NCBI GenBank assembly: GCA_964418305.1
Contig: CAYQLX010000002.1
Span: 6,064 to 44,957 of the forward strand
From: an uncultured Coriobacteriaceae bacterium
GTDB taxonomy: Bacteria; Actinomycetota; Coriobacteriia; Coriobacteriales; QAMH01
DNA: 38,894 nucleotides
Direction: 5' to 3'
Positions within the stretch are counted from its first letter, which is position 1; the number at the start of each line of letters is the position of its first letter. Of the stretch, positions 33,731 through 38,894 are shown in pieces. The notes under the pieces were generated by a model, which was not told the origin of the DNA, searched no databases, and saw only the letters and a program-made list of their open reading frames with translations. A program made the translations under genes and the position numbers.

Positions 33731-33748
33731 AATGACACTCGTCCTAAC

Positions 33749-34957
33749 CTAATTGTTGGCCGGATTCTCATTACTGCCTAATAATAACTGATTAATGCTC
33801 TCGCGTTTTAACAAGAAGAGCACGAGGGCGAGGACAACAGGCACGAGCATAATCAAGTACATACTTGAATACGCCTGTAGCTCGCCAAAGCCGTATCCGC
33901 AAAGCACATCCACAATCAGGCCGCCTAAGACGGGGCCGATAAGGTAACCAAGATCCAACCCTATGTAGTAGGTATTGCTTGCCGCCCCACGCTCGTCGCG
34001 TGGAGCACATTGAATGCTAAGGGACTGCAGCAGCGGAGAGACGGCCCCATACCCAAAGGCACCAATCAAGGCTGCCGCGATATAGACGTAGAAGCTGGTT
34101 GCATGCCAGATGATGACGAGGGACGCGCCAAAAAAGACCAAGCCTATGGGGATGATCTTGCCTGCTCCGTACCTGTCTGCAAGCCCACCGAATACCGGAC
34201 GCGTAGCCAGTAAACACAGCGCATAAACCGTGAAGAACCAACCGATGCCGTCTACGCCGTTAAGGTTGCCGTAAATCACGATAAAGCCATTGATGCAGGA
34301 GAAGGGGACGACGAGCAGGATGTTAAGCCCTGCAGGCATAAGCGATTTAATCGCGATGATGCGCGAGAGCTTGACCTGGTATTTCTTGCGCGGCGCAGGC
34401 GAGCTTTCCTTGACAAAGAACGTGAGCAACCATGCTACAAACATGGACGCCGCCGATATCCTAAACGTCCACTCAAAACCCACGGCATTATGCAGCCAAA
34501 GCACGACGGCGGGGCCGGCAGCCTGCGAGACGGCAAACGAGAGGCTAAAGATGGACAGTCCGAGGTTCACCTTGTCATGCGGAAGGGACTCCCCTGTCAA
34601 CGCAAGGGCAACCGGACCTGCGCAACCCATTCCAAGCCCATGCAAAAGACGGGATGCAAATACCATGGGAATCGACGTAGAGAGGCTGTAGAGAAACATC
34701 GCAAACGTAATCAAAACAAGGGCTGCATTCAATATGCGCTTCTTGCTAAAAGAGTCAAAGGCTGGCCCTGCAAAAGGCCTGATGAGCAAAGCCGTTATCG
34801 CAAAGGCACCCGTCACAAAACCAACGACTTGCGCCGTGGCTCCAAGCTCATAAGCATAAAGCGGGATCAGCGTGTTTATCATCATCTGCCCCATCGATTG
34901 GAACAAGGCGATGACCAGCAAGCAGATGAAGCTGATATTCCAGACGCTTTTGCTCAT
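33749..34957 (-). CDS. MFS transporter
   Basis: 402 aa, 12 TM-like segments, with MFS loop 2-3 motif-like GPAFDSFSKKR and RPVFGGLADRYG. Confidence 0.85.
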   Translation of the reverse strand: MSKSVWNISFICLLVIALFQSMGQMMINTLIPLYAYELGATAQVVGFVTGAFAITALLIRPFAGPAFDSFSKKRILNAALVLITFAMFLYSLSTSIPMVFASRLLHGLGMGCAGPVALALTGESLPHDKVNLGLSIFSLSFAVSQAAGPAVVLWLHNAVGFEWTFRISAASMFVAWLLTFFVKESSPAPRKKYQVKLSRIIAIKSLMPAGLNILLVVPFSCINGFIVIYGNLNGVDGIGWFFTVYALCLLATRPVFGGLADRYGAGKIIPIGLVFFGASLVIIWHATSFYVYIAAALIGAFGYGAVSPLLQSLSIQCAPRDERGAASNTYYIGLDLGYLIGPVLGGLIVDVLCGYGFGELQAYSSMYLIMLVPVVLALVLFLLKRESINQLLLGSNENPANN

Positions 34958-35088
34958 ATGCTAAATCTCTCACGTCTCCTCAAAACGCTTGGCGCACATA
35001 CGCGTCAACCTCAATAACGAGGATAACGCAGACGCCATCGAGCGCATATAAACACGTCATCTTGATTAAGCGGACAAATGTGAACAGG

Positions 35089-35117
35089 CGGCGGGCAGCA
35101 AGCAGGCGGGCCCGCCG
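35089..35117 (-). terminator. GC-rich hairpin downstream of the radical-SAM gene
   Basis: CGGCGGGC [13 nt] GCCCGCCG, with no clear U-tract. Confidence 0.3.
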
Positions 35118-35202
35118 AGAACCCTCGACGAGCCCGCATAGCTTCTTTATCAGCAGCAAAAAGCAGCGCCTGCATTCGCCCGGATGTCAGCTCAGCCCTT
35201 CC

Positions 35203-36267
35203 CTACTCGGCAAGTTTTGCCTCCATGTACTCCGGCGTAAGGTCCACATAGCTGCCGTCGCCGCGCATCAGGCGCCTGAAGCCCGCTTGGTAGAAGAGCT
35301 CGCGCACAGCCGGCACGTCAAAACCGCGTGCAGCGGCGGTGTCTTCTGCCGTGTCACGCGGGTTGAAACCCGTCTCTGCCGTCACGCAGTTAGAGCCGCT
35401 TGTGAGGCTGATGAGGTTTGCCTCATGGTGCCCCATATGGATCGCATGGGGTCTGTCGCACATGAGCAGCGTCTCGATGGCGTTCATCTGCGCCATGCGC
35501 AGGTTGGTTATCTCATTGGACAGGCCCTCATAGCAAGTACCGGGAACGCTCGTGCGCTTCATGACGCCCGTCGTGTCCAGCCCGCCAAACTCCTCGTCGC
35601 GATCGCGAATCTCCATCAAACGGGCGGCGATGTCTGCGATGGGCGTCTCCGCGCCTACCGGCTCGCAGCACTCCTCGACCTTAAGACCGGCTGCATAAGC
35701 AGCATGAATCGTCTCCTCGCGACGCTCCGGGCTAATCTTAGTAAGACAACCCTCGCCAAGGCGCTTGATATGGTACACAGCATTGACCCCGGCGTCTTTG
35801 AGCTTGCGGAAGTATTCCTCGGTCGTATCACCGATGTTAGAGATGAGGCGCACATCAGCAGGGATAGCGGCGCGCACGGCTTTGACGCACTCGAGATAGT
35901 GATCCTCGTCGAAGGTGTTCATCGTCATAAGGTAGAGCCCGTAGAGGTCGCCGCCCTTGGTGAACTCCACGGCACGGCGCACCACCTCTTCCACAGGCAT
36001 GACCACATGCTCGGTAAAGCAGGTATGGCTCTTGCCAAAGGAGCAAAACTGGCAATCTGCCTCGCAGGGGTAGACCTCGATGCCAATCTGGCCCCAGATG
36101 GTCGCGGTGTTGCCGGTCTTCTGCCTTTGGATGCCGTCTGCAGCACCGCGCACAGCTGTTGCCTCAGGGGAAGCCTCGTCAAGCTCCAAGAGCTTCACGA
36201 CCTCGTCGTATGTTGGCGCTTTGCCCTCCCATGCACGGTTGATAATCTGCTCGATGTTTATATCCAT
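35203..36267 (-). CDS. Radical SAM protein (BioB/HydE/ThiH-like subgroup)
   Basis: CxxxCxxC motif in YPCEADCQFCSF, about 70 residues from the N-terminus. TIM-barrel-like periodicity, 354 aa. Confidence 0.8.
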   Translation of the reverse strand: MDINIEQIINRAWEGKAPTYDEVVKLLELDEASPEATAVRGAADGIQRQKTGNTATIWGQIGIEVYPCEADCQFCSFGKSHTCFTEHVVMPVEEVVRRAVEFTKGGDLYGLYLMTMNTFDEDHYLECVKAVRAAIPADVRLISNIGDTTEEYFRKLKDAGVNAVYHIKRLGEGCLTKISPERREETIHAAYAAGLKVEECCEPVGAETPIADIAARLMEIRDRDEEFGGLDTTGVMKRTSVPGTCYEGLSNEITNLRMAQMNAIETLLMCDRPHAIHMGHHEANLISLTSGSNCVTAETGFNPRDTAEDTAAARGFDVPAVRELFYQAGFRRLMRGDGSYVDLTPEYMEAKLAE

Positions 36268-36367
36268 GGTGCTCGCCTTTCTAATTACGTGTTGATATCT
36301 CGATTTTATCCATCGCCCGTGCCCATGGTGTTATCAAAGTCAAACACGATGCGTTTCATTGTGCCCC

Positions 36368-37411
36368 TCACAGGTGGTAGTAATCGCGTGCCAGAAGTTC
36401 CATGAAGTCTTGCGATAAATAGACCTTGAGCTTCTCGAAGGTCTTGTCGTTTTTAAGCGGATGCGCCGGATCATGGTATTGAACCCACGCCATGGCGCTC
36501 CAAGTCATGCCGCGCAGGCAGTTGGCCATGGTGTAAGCGTCAAAGCGAGCGTCAAAGCTGCCGCGCTCAAAGCGCCCGTCAACGGCATCCCAGTAAGACT
36601 CCACAAAGGCGTCGCGCGCGTCTGCAGTGAAGATGAAATCCGTATCCCAGATAGTGGTGGTGGGCGCAAGGAAGTAGGCCACATCGCGTGTGGCCTCCCC
36701 CACGATGGCCTTCTCCCAGTCCACGATGTGGCCGCTTGTGCCGGCGTCGTCTACCAAGAAGTGCGCCGACACCATCTCTGTGCTGATGATGTGGTTGCAC
36801 TCCTCTTTGCGCGGTGCGGTAGCAAGCTGTGCGCGAGCTTTGTCGAAGAAGCGCTCGATGTAGCTTTTGACCAGCGGGTCTGCCAAAGGCGAGGCCGTAT
36901 AGACGGCGTACATGCGCTCGCACTCTGCGACGAGGTCTGCCAAGGCATCGCCCGGGCGCAAGATAACACCGTTTGGCTGCGGGACAATGCTGTGAACATC
37001 GGCCATCATCTGCGCCGCACAATCAAGGTGCGCCTGGTTCTTAAAGTCGATCATGCGCCCGTCCACGCACTCCATAACGACAACCCCGCGCGGGCAGTAT
37101 TTGCGGGAGTTATCGACATAAAGCGGTTTGGGAGTACAGCCGCTGGGGGCAAGCTCAAGCAGCACGGCGTACTCATAGCCCACCTGATCTTCAAGGTCCA
37201 GCTGGCTTATGTAATTGAAGCGCAGGACATAGCGCTGCCCCGTTGCCGGATGCACAAACCAGTAATTGGCATTGTGCTCGCCTTGCGCAAGCGGAAAAGC
37301 GCTGAGAACCGAGCCATCCTCGATGCCCAACGCCTCCCACAATGCCCCGTTAGCGCGCAGGTACTGCGTAGCTTTTTTGATGTCGTCCTCTGTCAACGAT
37401 TTCTCTTTCAC
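36368..37411 (-). CDS. Phosphotransferase-family (APH/choline-kinase fold) protein with a non-canonical catalytic loop
   Basis: Kinase-like N-lobe (NYWFVHPATGQRYVLRFN) and a metal-binding IVDWEKA..GEATRDVAYF. The start is uncertain: GTG at 37411 immediately follows a TGA and lacks a good RBS. Confidence 0.65.
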   Translation of the reverse strand: MKEKSLTEDDIKKATQYLRANGALWEALGIEDGSVLSAFPLAQGEHNANYWFVHPATGQRYVLRFNYISQLDLEDQVGYEYAVLLELAPSGCTPKPLYVDNSRKYCPRGVVVMECVDGRMIDFKNQAHLDCAAQMMADVHSIVPQPNGVILRPGDALADLVAECERMYAVYTASPLADPLVKSYIERFFDKARAQLATAPRKEECNHIISTEMVSAHFLVDDAGTSGHIVDWEKAIVGEATRDVAYFLAPTTTIWDTDFIFTADARDAFVESYWDAVDGRFERGSFDARFDAYTMANCLRGMTWSAMAWVQYHDPAHPLKNDKTFEKLKVYLSQDFMELLARDYYHL

Positions 37412-37439
37412 TCAGCAGCAAACACTGCGGCCGCAAGTC

Positions 37440-37463
37440 TTACTCGGCGAGCTTTGCCTCCAT
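37440..37463 (-). pseudogene. 24-nt relic of a radical-SAM gene 3' end (MEAKLAE-stop)
   Basis: The minus strand reads ATGGAGGCAAAGCTCGCCGAGTAA. The end of the 35203-36267 CDS reads ATGGAGGCAAAACTTGCCGAGTAG. 21/24 positions are identical, and all three differences are at third codon positions. Confidence 0.5.
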
Positions 37464-37491
37464 AATAAGCTCCGCCGCTAAGCTGTGCACT

Positions 37492-38772
37492 CTACAAGAT
37501 AAAGTTAAAGATGTCTTGGCGCACCATGTAGATGAAGAAAATGAGCATCAAGGCGATGAAGACTATCGTGGTTGCGTTGATGACACGCACCGATACCGGG
37601 CGTCTGATGACCTTCTCCACGCACTCCGTAACAATCTTGCCGCCGTCAAGCGGCGGAACAGGAACTAGATTGACGATGCCAATGGAGATAGAAACTGCAG
37701 CCACGATGTAGAGGTACATAAAGACGTCTATACCTGCGGCTTGCTTGGCTAAAACGCTTATGCCCACGATGGAGCTCGATTGGCTCAAGGTCTGTGCCGA
37801 GGTAGACGGATTGAAGAGCATGGCGTATGCCACAACCGTCTGGCTCATCATCGACCAAGCGCTTTGCAGAGCCTCCCCGGGGCCTACGCGCATGCGGTCT
37901 GTTGCGGCATAAATGCCGATGATGGCCTTGCCGCTATCGTTTTGAGCGGCCTTGAGCTTGACGGTTATGTCCTGACCGTCGCGGCTAATACCCAAGGTGA
38001 CGGTGTCCCCCGCTTGCTTGTCTGCCAAAGCCGTATTGAGCTGTGACAGGTACTCGACCTGCGTGCCGTCGACAGAGGTGATGGTATCTCCCGGTTGCAG
38101 GCCAGCCTCTTGCGCCGGCGAGCCGTCTAGCAAGCTGTCGATTGTGGTGGTGGAATACTGCATGCCTATGCCGCAAAACGCCACCAAGATGAGCACGACG
38201 GTAAGGACCGCGTTGGCAAAGGGGCCGGCAAAGAGCACGATGAGACGCTTCCAACAGGGCAGGCCGCGATAGGTCTCCTTGCGATGAGAGTCCAACAGAG
38301 CCACGGGGTCTTGTACCTCGCGTGCCTGACCGAGTTCTAGGCCATCCGTCTTGGGAGCACACCATTTATCTGTCTTGTTGCTACGGCCGGGCTTGTTGAT
38401 AGCCCCCCAACCGTCTAGAACGGTAAGCACATACTCGGCGTCATCGGCCTCCAAATTGCAGGCCTGCGCCACATGCTCTACATCTACAGAGCCCTGCCGA
38501 TACACATAGGCCAACACCGGGGCAAGGTTAGGGTCCTCTTTGCCGCCCTCCATGCCGGCGATGCGGTTGTAGCCGCCCAGAGGAATGCAGGTGATGCCGT
38601 AGCGCGTGCCGTTGCGCTCAAACCCGATGTTGGGGCCCGGCATGCCAATCATGAACTCGGTCACGCGCACGCCAAACGCGCGCGCCGCGATAAAATGGCC
38701 CAGCTCGTGGACGACGACGATGATGATAAGCAGTAGCAGGCCCCAAAAGACCGTGAGCAGCGCATCAACCAA
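37492..38772 (-). CDS. rseP: RIP (site-2) zinc metalloprotease RseP/Rip1, M50 family with a PDZ domain
   Basis: HELGHFIAARAFG (HExxH) in TM1, a central PDZ-like segment (GSPAQEAGLQPGDTITSVDG) and C-terminal NLVPVPPLDGG. TTG start follows ACGGAG. Confidence 0.9.
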   Translation of the reverse strand: MVDALLTVFWGLLLLIIIVVVHELGHFIAARAFGVRVTEFMIGMPGPNIGFERNGTRYGITCIPLGGYNRIAGMEGGKEDPNLAPVLAYVYRQGSVDVEHVAQACNLEADDAEYVLTVLDGWGAINKPGRSNKTDKWCAPKTDGLELGQAREVQDPVALLDSHRKETYRGLPCWKRLIVLFAGPFANAVLTVVLILVAFCGIGMQYSTTTIDSLLDGSPAQEAGLQPGDTITSVDGTQVEYLSQLNTALADKQAGDTVTLGISRDGQDITVKLKAAQNDSGKAIIGIYAATDRMRVGPGEALQSAWSMMSQTVVAYAMLFNPSTSAQTLSQSSSIVGISVLAKQAAGIDVFMYLYIVAAVSISIGIVNLVPVPPLDGGKIVTECVEKVIRRPVSVRVINATTIVFIALMLIFFIYMVRQDIFNFIL

Positions 38773-38894
38773 AGGTAACTCCGTTCATCTAGTTTTCCCG
38801 GACCTGCATGCTAGCGCTTGGGTGCGACGCAGAAATCTCTTTTAGAAAACGGTCACGAACTTATCATCAAAACCTTAAAGAGGGCTGCAGGTTG

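Noticed and set aside
38853-38894. A possible 3' end of an upstream minus-strand gene (..QPAALFKVLMISS-stop) at the right window edge.
   Set aside because: Only 13 codons are visible, which is too short to distinguish from chance or to identify. A dxr-like neighbour is expected only by analogy.
1-38894. Mobile elements, CRISPR arrays, tRNA/rRNA genes and prophage or defence-system genes.
   Set aside because: I saw no transposase, integrase or recombinase-like ORFs, no regularly spaced short repeats and no tRNA-like cloverleaf regions while reading the intergenic regions. The only duplications are the diverged paralogous module and the 24-nt relic.

Overview
GC-rich, gene-dense window with 31 protein-coding features, 27 on the minus strand. 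I saw no rRNA, tRNA, CRISPR array, transposase or integrase. The gene content suggests an anaerobic Gram-positive bacterium, possibly a gut Actinomycetota/Coriobacteriia-like or Clostridia-like organism, but taxonomy cannot be settled from this window.

Three blocks stand out.

(1) 3.3-13.2 kb is a LysR-headed acyl-CoA block. It encodes two 2-hydroxyacyl-CoA-dehydratase-family subunits, a family III (Frc/CaiB/FldA-like) CoA-transferase, FixC-FixX, a family I (YdiF/Pct-like) CoA-transferase and an AMP-forming acyl-CoA ligase. No dehydratase activase (BcrAD/BadFG ATPase) is present anywhere in the window.

(2) 13.4-28.6 kb is an island of cytoplasmic hydrolases built from two paralogous modules. 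Each module has a PucR-type regulator, an OFA-type MFS transporter and a type-B carboxylesterase. The second module also carries a CocE/NonD serine hydrolase, a C45 Ntn-hydrolase-like protein and a CapA-like metallophosphoesterase.

(3) 28.6-35.0 kb encodes two acyl-CoA dehydrogenase paralogues flanking FixA/FixB-like ETF genes, plus TetR and an MFS transporter. One ACAD is CaiA-like. The other lacks both canonical catalytic Glu positions.

Together the blocks look like a had/fld-type plus cai/fix/ydi-type reductive acyl-CoA system, split in two by an ester/amide-hydrolase uptake island. My leading hypothesis, which is inference only, is a previously uncharacterised catabolic or respiratory island for imported ester-linked (hydroxy)acids.

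The right edge carries a radical-SAM gene and an atypical phosphotransferase gene downstream of rseP, with a 24-nt relic of a second radical-SAM 3' end. Several intergenic repeats and hairpins are listed as candidate regulatory elements. All functional calls rest on by-eye motif recognition and remembered homologues. No database search was run.
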